Shown in pieces: positions 28,385-36,767 of a stretch of DNA of 64,000 bases; position 1 is the stretch's first letter; each line of letters opens with the position of its first letter. The stretch comes from Pirellulales bacterium. GTDB lineage: Bacteria; Planctomycetota; Planctomycetia; Pirellulales; UBA1268. A model generated the notes under the pieces. It searched no databases and had not been told where the DNA came from. It saw nothing but the letters and a program-made list of their open reading frames with translations. The position numbers and the translations under genes are program-made. The stretch covers positions 13,302 through 77,301 of the forward strand of contig JBIIIP010000002.1 of the NCBI GenBank assembly GCA_044234625.1, written 5' to 3'.

Positions 28385-29052
28385 TCTCGATCAGCGTGAT
28401 CGTACCGGCGCATCAGGCAGCCGCCACCATTGGCGAGACGCTGGCGAGCGTGCGCGGCCAATCGCGGGCGGCAGATGAACTGCTCGTCGTAGACGACGGC
28501 TCGACCGACGCCACTGGGGCGATCGCCACGGCGGCCGGGGCGAAGGTGATAAGCCGACCCAATGGCGGCGTGGCCGCGGCGCTGAACGCCGGCCTGGCGG
28601 CGGCCCTGGGCGATCTCGTTGCGTTTCTCGACGCCGATGATCTGTGGGCGCCCGATTGCCTGCGATTGCATGAGCACTCTCTCATCGACCACCCCGACGC
28701 GGCGGGCTCGGTTGCCCGGTTCAGCGAGTTTGTCTGTCCGACGCTTGCCGCCAATGTGGCCGCGCGGTTCGCGCCGCGGACGAATCAGCCGGCGTGGGTC
28801 GCCGGGGGAACGGTCGTACGGCGGGAGGCGTTCGAGCGGGCCGGCCCGCTCGACGAGTCGCTCCGCGTTGGCGCGTGGGTCGAGTGGGTCGATCGGGCCC
28901 GGCACGCCGGCTGCACGTTCAAAATGATCGACTCACTGCTGCTCCTGCGACGGCTGCGACCGGGCACGCTGAGCCAGGCCGCGTCCCGCAACGCCGATCT
29001 TCTGGCGGTGGCCAGGGCGGCCATCGCCCGACGCGGTTCAACTTCGTCATGA
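28381..29052 (+). CDS. family-2 glycosyltransferase (second copy, shorter)
   Basis: ISVIVPAHQAAATIGETLASVRGQ...LLVVDDGSTDAT...ALNAGLAAALGDLVAFLDADDLW. ATGA overlaps occur at both ends. Confidence 0.85.
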   Translation: MISISVIVPAHQAAATIGETLASVRGQSRAADELLVVDDGSTDATGAIATAAGAKVISRPNGGVAAALNAGLAAALGDLVAFLDADDLWAPDCLRLHEHSLIDHPDAAGSVARFSEFVCPTLAANVAARFAPRTNQPAWVAGGTVVRREAFERAGPLDESLRVGAWVEWVDRARHAGCTFKMIDSLLLLRRLRPGTLSQAASRNADLLAVARAAIARRGSTSS

Positions 29053-30479
29053 GCACCTCCACCGAGTCCGTCGCCGCGCCCCACGGTGGGCTGGATTTGC
29101 TTGTGCGAGCGGCGCTCGCGCCACTGGACGATGCCCGCACGGCGTGGCGCCGCTGGCGGGCTACGCATGACCTCGACGCCACGTCGTGGAGCGAGGTCCG
29201 GATCCTCGCGGCCGTCGCGGGGCGGATCGGCGTGCTGGAGGAGGACGCCGATGTTCGGCCGCGGATCGAGGGCATCCGCAAGTTTCTCTGGGTGCATACC
29301 CAGATGTGCCTCGAGCCGGCAGGGCCCGGGCTCGCCGCCGTCGTCAGCAGCGGCATCCCGGTGCTCCTCATGAAGGGTGCGGCACGCGTGGTCGCGGATC
29401 CGAAGAGCGCCCACGAGCGGCTGATCCGCGACGTCGATGCGCTCGTTCCACTCGGCAGCGAGGAACGGGCGCTCGATCTGCTCAGGGCCGCGGGCTGGAC
29501 GCTGTCCGAACCACGCTGGGCCGTCAAGGCGCGGGCGGCGGGGAAGGTGGCCGGCCACCACGCGTGGACGCTCACCAAGGGCCGCTCGGAGATAGACCTG
29601 CACCACTTCTCAAATCACCTCAACCGGCTGACCGGCGACGACGACGGCCTGTGGCGGCGGGCCAGCAAGGCGACGTGGCGCGGCGTGACGGTGCACCTGC
29701 CATCGCCGGCAGATGCACTCGTGCTCGCGGTGACACATGGCGTGCGCTGGTCGCTCGATGGCGCGGCGGACTGGACGGTCGATGCGGCACACCTCTTGGA
29801 CGCAGGATCGATCGACTGGGATATCGTGCTCGACGAGGCCGAGTCACGCCTGCTGCACGCCGTGCTCCACGCCGGGCTCGCTTATCTCGCAGGACCCCTC
29901 GGGCGGCACGTGCCGCCCGACGTGCTCGATTCGCTCGCCTGCAAGACGAACGATCTTGCCCGTCAGGAACTTGCAGTCTATGCCGCGAACGCCGGTCCGC
30001 GCACTCGTGCGGAGCAGGAGATTGGCTTCGAAATGGCGGCGCTCCGAGCATGCTCTCGGGCAGGCCTCACCGCACCGGCCAGCGACACATGCTTCCTCGC
30101 CGAAGCGCTCGCGGCTGGCAACGGAATGATCGCACCCGGGAGCAACCTGATCACCTGCGTGATCCCACAGACCACCATCCGCGACTGGCTGCTGGTTCAG
30201 ATCGAGCTCGATGCAACCTCTCTTCCGGCGGCGGTAGCCCTCACCGCTCGACTCGAGGCACCGGGTCTCGTCGTCGGATACGGCCCGGGTGCGATCCACC
30301 AGACGGCGGGCGGACGCAAGGTCGTACGGTTTCGCTGCAAGTTGCCGGGTGCCCTCGTCGTGCTCCGCCACCTCGGACAGATGACCGTCCAACTCCGGTC
30401 TCATGGCAAAGCGTTTTCGGAACCGACGCACGTGCCGATCACCGTGACCTGGCACCGGCTCTTCAGAGAGAAAACCTGA
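29049..30479 (+). CDS. uncharacterised nucleotidyltransferase-family protein (PF14907/NTP_transf_5-like)
   Basis: The ATG at 29049 (MSTSTESVAAPHGGLDLLVRAA) lies within track ORF 28794..30479. GIPVLLMKGAA...RLIRDVDALVP...ALDLLRAAGW...IDLHH follows the pattern I recall for this family. Unverified. Confidence 0.65.
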   Translation: MSTSTESVAAPHGGLDLLVRAALAPLDDARTAWRRWRATHDLDATSWSEVRILAAVAGRIGVLEEDADVRPRIEGIRKFLWVHTQMCLEPAGPGLAAVVSSGIPVLLMKGAARVVADPKSAHERLIRDVDALVPLGSEERALDLLRAAGWTLSEPRWAVKARAAGKVAGHHAWTLTKGRSEIDLHHFSNHLNRLTGDDDGLWRRASKATWRGVTVHLPSPADALVLAVTHGVRWSLDGAADWTVDAAHLLDAGSIDWDIVLDEAESRLLHAVLHAGLAYLAGPLGRHVPPDVLDSLACKTNDLARQELAVYAANAGPRTRAEQEIGFEMAALRACSRAGLTAPASDTCFLAEALAAGNGMIAPGSNLITCVIPQTTIRDWLLVQIELDATSLPAAVALTARLEAPGLVVGYGPGAIHQTAGGRKVVRFRCKLPGALVVLRHLGQMTVQLRSHGKAFSEPTHVPITVTWHRLFREKT

Positions 30480-30732
30480 GGGTGACGTGGAAGATTTCCA
30501 CTGGACGGAGGGCCTCGCGGCCGGTGCCGTGCTCGCCGCCCGAGGACCCACGGTATTTTTTCACGAGCGCGGCCACGTCGGCGACGAGGTCGCGAAACAT
30601 CTCGAGGCCCACCGCCGATCGCGAAGCAAGGCCGCGTGGCTCACAACCCTGCTCATCAGCCGGGAAATGGTTGAGGAATGGCCATGGAATGCGTACCCTT
30701 CGAACGCCCGCGGACCATGACGGTCGGGACAC
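30463..30732 (-). pseudogene. possible relic of the C-terminal part of an FAD-linked oxidase (GlcD / D-lactate dehydrogenase type)
   Basis: Track ORF 30463..30732 reads ...PFLNHFPADEQG...MFRDLVADVAALVKKYRGSSGGEHGTGREAL. This resembles the H.GDGNlH ... GGs.sgEHG.G.k block of FAD_oxidase_C, but the rest of such a gene is absent on both sides. Confidence 0.25.
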
Positions 30733-30761
30733 GGATTCGCAGGGCCGTTTGGGAGAGTCTC

Positions 30762-31934
30762 ATGAAGCAGTGTCCGCTGCAGGCCGGCGCCGCCCGCCGT
30801 CGTGTTCTCCTCGCGGTTTGGCTCGGGCTGTTCATGGCTCCGCCGGCCGTGGTCGCGTCGGAGCCGCCGGCCGTGCGCGGTCGCGTGTTCATCGACCGGC
30901 TGACCGCGGCGTGGCAGTCACAGCAGGTCCAGGAGGCCTGCATCGTGCCGAATCCGAAGGATCCGGAAAAGCTCGTCATGTTCTATTCCGGCGTTCCCGC
31001 GGCGGACCGTGGAACCTGCGCCTTCGGCAAGGCATGGGCGCTGAAGTCGGATCCCTTCACGTGGCATCAGGATCCCGCAAACCCGATCTTCTCTCCGGCG
31101 GGAGCAAACGCGTGGGACGGCAAAAGCATCCGTCTCGATGCCGTGCTCTACATTCCCGAAGAGCAGGCCTACTACATCTACTACTCCGGGGCCCGCACGT
31201 CGGTGCAGGATCGGATCGGACTTGCGATATGCCCGGTGGGGCAAGACGGCTACTCGGAGATCACGCCGGCGACCATCAAGCGGTGGGGAACGGCTCCTGT
31301 GCTCGCTCCGGAGGCGGCGGCACCGTTTCACGAGGAGATGGCTTCACAGGCCGCGGTGATCCGGGAGTGGAACGCGGAGGTGAACCGCTGGGACTGGACG
31401 ATGTACTACTCCTACCGAGGCAAGGACGGTGTCTTGCCGGGAATTCGGCTGGCCACATCGGTCGATGGCAAGACGTGGACGCGTCACTTCAACCGCGAGG
31501 ATCCGCGTGGCATGGGGCAGATCTTCGCATCCGTGCCCAATGCCTACTACGAATGGCATCAGATCTTCAAAGTCAACGACACCTACGTGCTCTCGATCGA
31601 GGTGGGCGTCGAGAAGGGCCAGCGCTGGCGGCCGGTGCTCGCGGTGAGCAAGTCGCCCCGCTCCGGCTGGCGGCAGTTGCCGGTCGACACCGTGTTGCAG
31701 ACCGGATGGAGCGGGTTGTATCGCGATGACGCCATGTACCACGTGGCCACGCCGGCCTTTTACCCGATCGATGGCCGGTGGTATCTGTACGCGCAGGCCT
31801 GCCCGCTGCCGGAGAACCGCAACTACATCGACGGGGCGTGGGGCCTGTGGGTCGTCGAGTGCGGGCGTCGCATCCCCACGCTGCCGGGCTATGCAGAAGT
31901 CTGGGTGCCGGGGCTTCCCCAGCCTGTCCGCTGA
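30762..31934 (+). CDS. secreted hypothetical protein, possibly a beta-propeller glycoside-hydrolase-like fold
   Basis: Signal peptide MKQCPLQAGAARRRVLLAVWLGLFMAPPAVVA. Blade-like segments recur (KLVMFYSG, AYYIYYSG, WTMYYSYRG, IRLATSVDGKTW, RWYLYAQ). The family assignment is not verifiable here. Confidence 0.55.
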   Translation: MKQCPLQAGAARRRVLLAVWLGLFMAPPAVVASEPPAVRGRVFIDRLTAAWQSQQVQEACIVPNPKDPEKLVMFYSGVPAADRGTCAFGKAWALKSDPFTWHQDPANPIFSPAGANAWDGKSIRLDAVLYIPEEQAYYIYYSGARTSVQDRIGLAICPVGQDGYSEITPATIKRWGTAPVLAPEAAAPFHEEMASQAAVIREWNAEVNRWDWTMYYSYRGKDGVLPGIRLATSVDGKTWTRHFNREDPRGMGQIFASVPNAYYEWHQIFKVNDTYVLSIEVGVEKGQRWRPVLAVSKSPRSGWRQLPVDTVLQTGWSGLYRDDAMYHVATPAFYPIDGRWYLYAQACPLPENRNYIDGAWGLWVVECGRRIPTLPGYAEVWVPGLPQPVR

Positions 31935-31970
31935 GACCGCGGCCGGGAGATCACGCCGGCAGGTCTTCCC

Positions 31971-33599
31971 TCATCGGGCGGCGGCCTGGGGCTGGGCCTC
32001 GCCGTGATGCGTGCGGGCCAGATGGTCGACGAATTCGCGGCTCGCCGCCTGGAGCACGAACACCTCGCTGGCGGCCTGCGGCGCGCCGTGCGGACGGACG
32101 ATGCAGATCACCTCGGCCTTGCCTCCATGCTGGCGGACATGCTGGAGGAGAGCCTGCTCGCCGGCAGACAGGGGCGTCGCGGCCCCGTCGTTCGCACCGC
32201 GGTCCGATGCCGTCGCGGCCGTGGGCACCGCAGCGGCGCGGTCGCGGCGATCGAGCGCCACCTTCGGCATCTCCTCGGGCATATTCGGCACCACGTCGCC
32301 GCCGCTCTCGGCCATGCCCGCACTGGGATACGTGCTCCGGTAGACGAATGCCAGGCCCGACTCATCGAGCTGCTCGTGGATGGCGGCGAGGGCGGCGAAC
32401 AGCCCTTCGTTGTCGGCGGGATCGGCGGCGTTGCACACGCCGATGAGCGTGCCATCGAGGCCGAACAGGCCGCCGCCGCTGCGGCCCTGTACCGGCTGGC
32501 CGGCCACCTGCACGTTGGCCGGGCCGAGATATTTGTCGACGCCGGTAATCCGGCTGTAGAGGAGCGTAGGGTCGTCGCCGCCGTTGCAGCCCACCGTCAC
32601 GACCGGCTCGCCGGACTTCGTGATGCGGTCGGTGCCACCGACGCGCATCGGTTCGATCACCACGTCGGTGAAGATGCTGACGAGCGCCACATCGCGCTTC
32701 AGATCCCAGGCCACCACCTGGCCGGCCACGCCGCGCGGTCCGTTCGGCCCGAAGAGGTCCACCTCGACGCGTCCCTTGCCCTGTGAATCCCGGAAGATGT
32801 GGCCGCAGGTGAGGATCAGCGCCTCGCCCTGGCGGCAGTCGATCACCGTGCCTGTGCCGCGCGACATGCCGCTGGCGTCGTCGACGCGGAGCCGCGCGGT
32901 CGCCTGGAGGAGTTTCCGCTCGAAGGCCGCGCGGTCTTGGGGACTGATCGGGGCGGAGCTGGTCGCGGCCGGCGTGGGAACCGGCGCCGTCGCGCCGTCG
33001 TCGTGCGACATGGCCACGGGCTCGGCGGAAACCCGCGCCGGGCCGGCGACGAGGGCTGCGGCCGGCGGCGGCACGGCAACGGTGGGCTCCAGGGCCAGCG
33101 GCCCGGCGGCGGGCGTCGCTGGAAGGGGTATGCCGGGGATGGGAGCCGGGCGCTCCTGCGGGGGAGCCACGGCCGGCAAGGCGGCCAGGCCGAGTGGCTC
33201 GCGGCTCTTGGCGAGGAGTTTTTCCAGTTCGACGCGCGAGGTGGCGCCGTTGATACGACCCACTTCCTGTCCCTTTACGAGCAGCACGTAACACGGCACG
33301 CCCGTCACGCCGAACCGCCTGACGAGATCCTGCTCCCGGTCGGCGTCGACATGCCGCACGAGCCAGCCGGCGGCCGTGATCTCGCCGATGACGGGCGCCA
33401 TCTGCCGGCAGGGGCCGCACCATGAGGCCGCGAAATCGAGCAGCACCACATCGCCCTGCACGGCGGCTTGGGCCGCATCACCGCCCGAAATGCCGAGGTT
33501 GCGATTGATGAGGGGGTCGGCGTGGGCCGTGGTCGCGGCCGCACCCCAGAAGCAGGCGGCCATGGCGCCGCACGCGACTGCTCTCGAGACGATTGTCAT
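31971..33599 (-). CDS. thioredoxin-domain / trypsin-like serine protease fusion protein, exported
   Basis: Signal-like MTIVSRAVACGAMAACFWGAAATTAHA; thioredoxin site FAASWCGPCRQM; a Pro/Ala-rich linker; and protease-like blocks LTCGHIF, DVALV and GRSGGGLF (His/Asp/Ser). Confidence 0.8.
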   Translation of the reverse strand: MTIVSRAVACGAMAACFWGAAATTAHADPLINRNLGISGGDAAQAAVQGDVVLLDFAASWCGPCRQMAPVIGEITAAGWLVRHVDADREQDLVRRFGVTGVPCYVLLVKGQEVGRINGATSRVELEKLLAKSREPLGLAALPAVAPPQERPAPIPGIPLPATPAAGPLALEPTVAVPPPAAALVAGPARVSAEPVAMSHDDGATAPVPTPAATSSAPISPQDRAAFERKLLQATARLRVDDASGMSRGTGTVIDCRQGEALILTCGHIFRDSQGKGRVEVDLFGPNGPRGVAGQVVAWDLKRDVALVSIFTDVVIEPMRVGGTDRITKSGEPVVTVGCNGGDDPTLLYSRITGVDKYLGPANVQVAGQPVQGRSGGGLFGLDGTLIGVCNAADPADNEGLFAALAAIHEQLDESGLAFVYRSTYPSAGMAESGGDVVPNMPEEMPKVALDRRDRAAAVPTAATASDRGANDGAATPLSAGEQALLQHVRQHGGKAEVICIVRPHGAPQAASEVFVLQAASREFVDHLARTHHGEAQPQAAAR

Positions 33600-33753
33600 C
33601 CGAACGGGCTCCGAAAAAGGCCGGTGAAAGGCGGGCGGATGGTGCCGCCGGCGCCCCGTCGCCACAAGATCACTTTCACACTCCGTGCGGAAGAAAACGG
33701 CCTTGCCCCGTCGACCCCATTTCCGCCCCGTTTCCCCGTTTGCGCTCGGTTTC

Positions 33754-33759
33754 TACAAT
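33754..33759 (+). promoter_or_regulatory. -10-like hexamer TACAAT, 6 nt upstream of the metG ATG (leaderless-type spacing)
   Basis: The sequence reads ttcTACAATccgcccATG with the ATG at 33766, and no Shine-Dalgarno is possible in 6 nt. Confidence 0.3.
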
Positions 33760-33765
33760 CCGCCC

Positions 33766-35856
33766 ATGTCCGAACGCCGCATTCTCGTCACCTCGGCCCT
33801 CCCTTACGCCAACGGCCACATCCACCTCGGCCATCTCGTCGAGTACATCCAGACCGACATCTTCGTCCGCTTCCAGAAACTCCGCGGCCACCGGGCGATC
33901 TATCTGTGTGCCGACGACACCCACGGCACGGCGATCATGATTCGCGCCCGGGCCGAGGGGCGGAGCGAACAGGACTTGATCCGTTCGATGCAGGCCGCGC
34001 ATCTCGCCGACTTCGCCGGCTTCGAGATCGAGTTCGACCACTACGGCACCACCGACAGCCCCGCCAATCGCCGCCTGTGCGGGGAGATCTGGCAGGCCCT
34101 CCGTGAGCAGGGCCTCGTGGTGTCGCGCGAGGTGCAGCAACTCTTCGACCCGCAGGCCGGCGTGTTTCTCGCCGACCGGTTCGTCCGTGGCACCTGCCCG
34201 CGCTGCCAGGCGACCGACCAATATGGCGATGCCTGCGAGCAATGCGGGGCGACGTATGGCCCGGCCGATCTCATCGATCCGGTGAGCACGCTCTCCGGCG
34301 CCCGACCGGAGGTGCGGTCGGCCGAACACCTCTTCGTGACGATCGAGAAGCTGCACGGCTTCCTCGACCGCTGGACGAAGTCGTCGGGGGCCCTCGATCC
34401 GCGGATCGCCAACTATCTCGCCGGCCACTTTCTCGGTGAGCCGCTCCGCGACTGGGATATCTCCCGCCCCGCCCCCTACTTCGGCTTCGAGATCCCGGAC
34501 GCACCGGGACACTACTGGTATGTGTGGTTCGACGCTCCCATCGGCTACATCGCCGCCACGAGCGAATGGTGCGCCGCCCACGGCGAGTCGCTGGCCGCAT
34601 GGTGGCACCGCGGCGGGGCGAACGAGCCGCCCGCCGAGATCCACCATTTCATCGGCAAGGACATCACCTATTTCCACACCCTCTTCTGGCCCGCCATGCT
34701 CGAGGCCGCGGGACTCGCGCTGCCGACGAAGGTCCGCGTCCACGGCTTCCTCACCGTGAACGGCCAGAAGATGTCGAAGAGCCGGGGCACGTTTCTGCTG
34801 GCCCGCACGTATCTCGACCACCTCGATCCGGGCGGCCTCCGTTACTACTACGCCAGCAAACTCTCCGGGGGCATCGACGACCTCGATCTGAACCTCGACG
34901 AATTCACCGCGAAGGTGAACGCGGACCTGGTGGGCAAGGTGGTGAATCTCGCCAGCCGGACGGCACGGTGGTTGGAGGCCACGGGCCTTGCCGCCACCTA
35001 TCCCGACGATGGCGGGCTCTTCGCCCAGGCCGCCGCCGATGGCGAGGAGATCGCCGCCGCCTACGAAGCCTGCGACTTCGCCCGCGCGATGCGGGCGATC
35101 ATGCTCGCCGCCGACCGGGCCAACGCCTATGTCGATGCCAAACAGCCGTGGAAACTAGCCAAGGCGGGGCCGGCCAGCGCCGCCACGCTGCAGGACGTGG
35201 CCAGCGTGGCCATCAACCTGTTCCGCCAACTCGCCGTCTACCTCGCCCCGGTCCTGCCGCGGCTCGCCGCGCAGGCTGGCGAACTCGTCGGCGGCCCGAT
35301 CAAACACTGGGCTGAGTCGCAGCGGCCCCTCGCCGGCATGCCCGTCGGCACCTTCGTCCCGATGATGCGCCGCGTCGAAGCGCCGCAGGTCGAGGCCTTG
35401 CTCGCCGCATCACGCGAGCCGGCCGCACCAGCCCCCTCTTCCCTCCCTGCCACGAAAGGATCCGCCGCCATGACCGCATCCACCATCGATTCGGGAGAGC
35501 CGCTCGCCGCCGAACCGCTCGCTGCGCAATGCACGATCGACGACTTTGCCAAGGTCGATCTCCGCGTGGCGCGGATCATCGCCGCCGAGGAAGTGCCCGA
35601 GGCCAAGAAGTTGCTCAAGCTCACCGTCAGCCTGGGAGGCGATGCCACGCGGACCGTGTTCGCGGGGATCAAGGGCTTCCACGAGCCCGCAGCCCTCGTC
35701 GGCCGGCTGGTGGTGGTGGTGGCCAACCTCGCGCCGCGCCAGATGAAGTTCGGCCTCAGCGAGGGCATGGTGGTGGCGGCCAGCGGCGCCGGCAGCGCGG
35801 GCGTGTTCCTGCTCTCGCCCGACGCGGGAGCGCTGCCGGGGATGCGGCTGCGGTAA
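33766..35856 (+). CDS. metG: methionyl-tRNA synthetase with C-terminal tRNA-binding (EMAP/Trbp111-like) domain
   Basis: HIGH motif [16 protein letters not shown] motif QKMSKSRG, a zinc knuckle [18 protein letters not shown], and C-terminal [27 protein letters not shown]. Confidence 0.95.
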   Translation: MSERRILVTSALPYANGHIHLGHLVEYIQTDIFVRFQKLRGHRAIYLCADDTHGTAIMIRARAEGRSEQDLIRSMQAAHLADFAGFEIEFDHYGTTDSPANRRLCGEIWQALREQGLVVSREVQQLFDPQAGVFLADRFVRGTCPRCQATDQYGDACEQCGATYGPADLIDPVSTLSGARPEVRSAEHLFVTIEKLHGFLDRWTKSSGALDPRIANYLAGHFLGEPLRDWDISRPAPYFGFEIPDAPGHYWYVWFDAPIGYIAATSEWCAAHGESLAAWWHRGGANEPPAEIHHFIGKDITYFHTLFWPAMLEAAGLALPTKVRVHGFLTVNGQKMSKSRGTFLLARTYLDHLDPGGLRYYYASKLSGGIDDLDLNLDEFTAKVNADLVGKVVNLASRTARWLEATGLAATYPDDGGLFAQAAADGEEIAAAYEACDFARAMRAIMLAADRANAYVDAKQPWKLAKAGPASAATLQDVASVAINLFRQLAVYLAPVLPRLAAQAGELVGGPIKHWAESQRPLAGMPVGTFVPMMRRVEAPQVEALLAASREPAAPAPSSLPATKGSAAMTASTIDSGEPLAAEPLAAQCTIDDFAKVDLRVARIIAAEEVPEAKKLLKLTVSLGGDATRTVFAGIKGFHEPAALVGRLVVVVANLAPRQMKFGLSEGMVVAASGAGSAGVFLLSPDAGALPGMRLR

Positions 35857-35890
35857 TTGCTGCTTCACGGAAATGCGCCATCCATGGCCC

Positions 35891-36086
35891 GCTTTCCAGT
35901 GAACCAGACCAGGGGAGGGGATGCCCATGCCCTGAGAGCCGGGCTGTGGGAGCAAGCGAAGACAGGATGTCGAAGCGCAGCGGACACGCAGTGAGCGGAT
36001 GCCACGAAGGCATCCGTGAACGTCCGGCGACGGGGCTGGGCGTTCCCGACCAGCGAAACGCACGAGGTTCAATTGGGAGCCGTATG
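35891..36086 (-). repeat. dispersed structured intergenic repeat, copy B (inverted relative to copy A)
   Basis: Its reverse complement aligns to 22707..22903 (about 93% identity by hand). The same central hairpin lies at 35996-36018. It begins 35 nt after the metG stop. Confidence 0.9.
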
Positions 36087-36290
36087 AGCCCTCGCCACAC
36101 AAATGACCTCCGCCATCCATGGCCGGCATTTCCTTGCCAGCCATCGCGTCTGGAGTGTCGGTCGTGTCCACCTCGGTTCGATCGGCCTCAGCCGCACTTA
36201 CCGTGCCCACGACACCACGGCGCGGTACGATTTCTCCAGTTTTATTGCACACTTCCTAGCTGGACGCCACTTGCTCCGAGGAGGCTCGCC

Positions 36291-36755
36291 ATGGCACAGA
36301 AAACGATCCTTTTTCCCACTGATTTCTCCCTCGCCAGCGACGCGGCGCTGAAGCATGCCGAAGCGCTCGCCAAGCAGACGGGAGCCAAACTCCTCATCGT
36401 GCACGTCGAGGAGCCACCGCTCGCCTACGGCGGCGGCGAGCTCTACTACGGCATCCCCGAGCCGAACTCGGAGCGGATCCTGAAGATGCTCGAAGACGTC
36501 AGGCCGAAAGACCCCACGGTGGCCTTCACACACCGGCTCACCATGGGGGATCCGGCCGGTGAGATCCTGCGGATCGCGGGCGACGAACGAGTGGAAATGA
36601 TCGTCCTCGGCACCCACGGCCGGACGGGCATGACGCGGCTGCTGATGGGGAGCGTGGCCGAGGCGGTTGTCCGCCGCGCGCCCTGCCCCGTGCTCGTCTA
36701 CCGGGAGGCCGCCGGGGCGCTCGCCGCCAAGCAGCCTGCCGCCATGAAAGGCTGA
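36291..36755 (+). CDS. universal stress protein (UspA family)
   Basis: ILFPTDFSLASDAAL...LLIVHV...MIVLGTHGRTGMTRLLMGSVAEAVVRRAPCPVLV. GGAGG lies 8 nt upstream of the ATG at 36291. The long track ORF 35529..36755 is a read-through of the repeat and spacer. Confidence 0.85.
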   Translation: MAQKTILFPTDFSLASDAALKHAEALAKQTGAKLLIVHVEEPPLAYGGGELYYGIPEPNSERILKMLEDVRPKDPTVAFTHRLTMGDPAGEILRIAGDERVEMIVLGTHGRTGMTRLLMGSVAEAVVRRAPCPVLVYREAAGALAAKQPAAMKG

Positions 36756-36767
36756 CTTTAGGCCGCC

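Noticed and set aside
30487-30720. 77-aa + strand ORF starting 8 nt after the nucleotidyltransferase stop (possible sixth operon gene or precursor)
   Set aside because: It has a GTG start and no recognisable features, and the opposite strand of the same DNA carries an FAD-oxidase-like relic. I cannot decide the coding strand, so it is not called as a gene.
29186-31729. 847-aa + strand ORF
   Set aside because: It is an alternative frame of the nucleotidyltransferase and propeller genes and is overwhelmingly Arg/Gly/Pro (…RRRRPVAAGQQGDVARRDGAPAIAG…). It is not credible as a protein.
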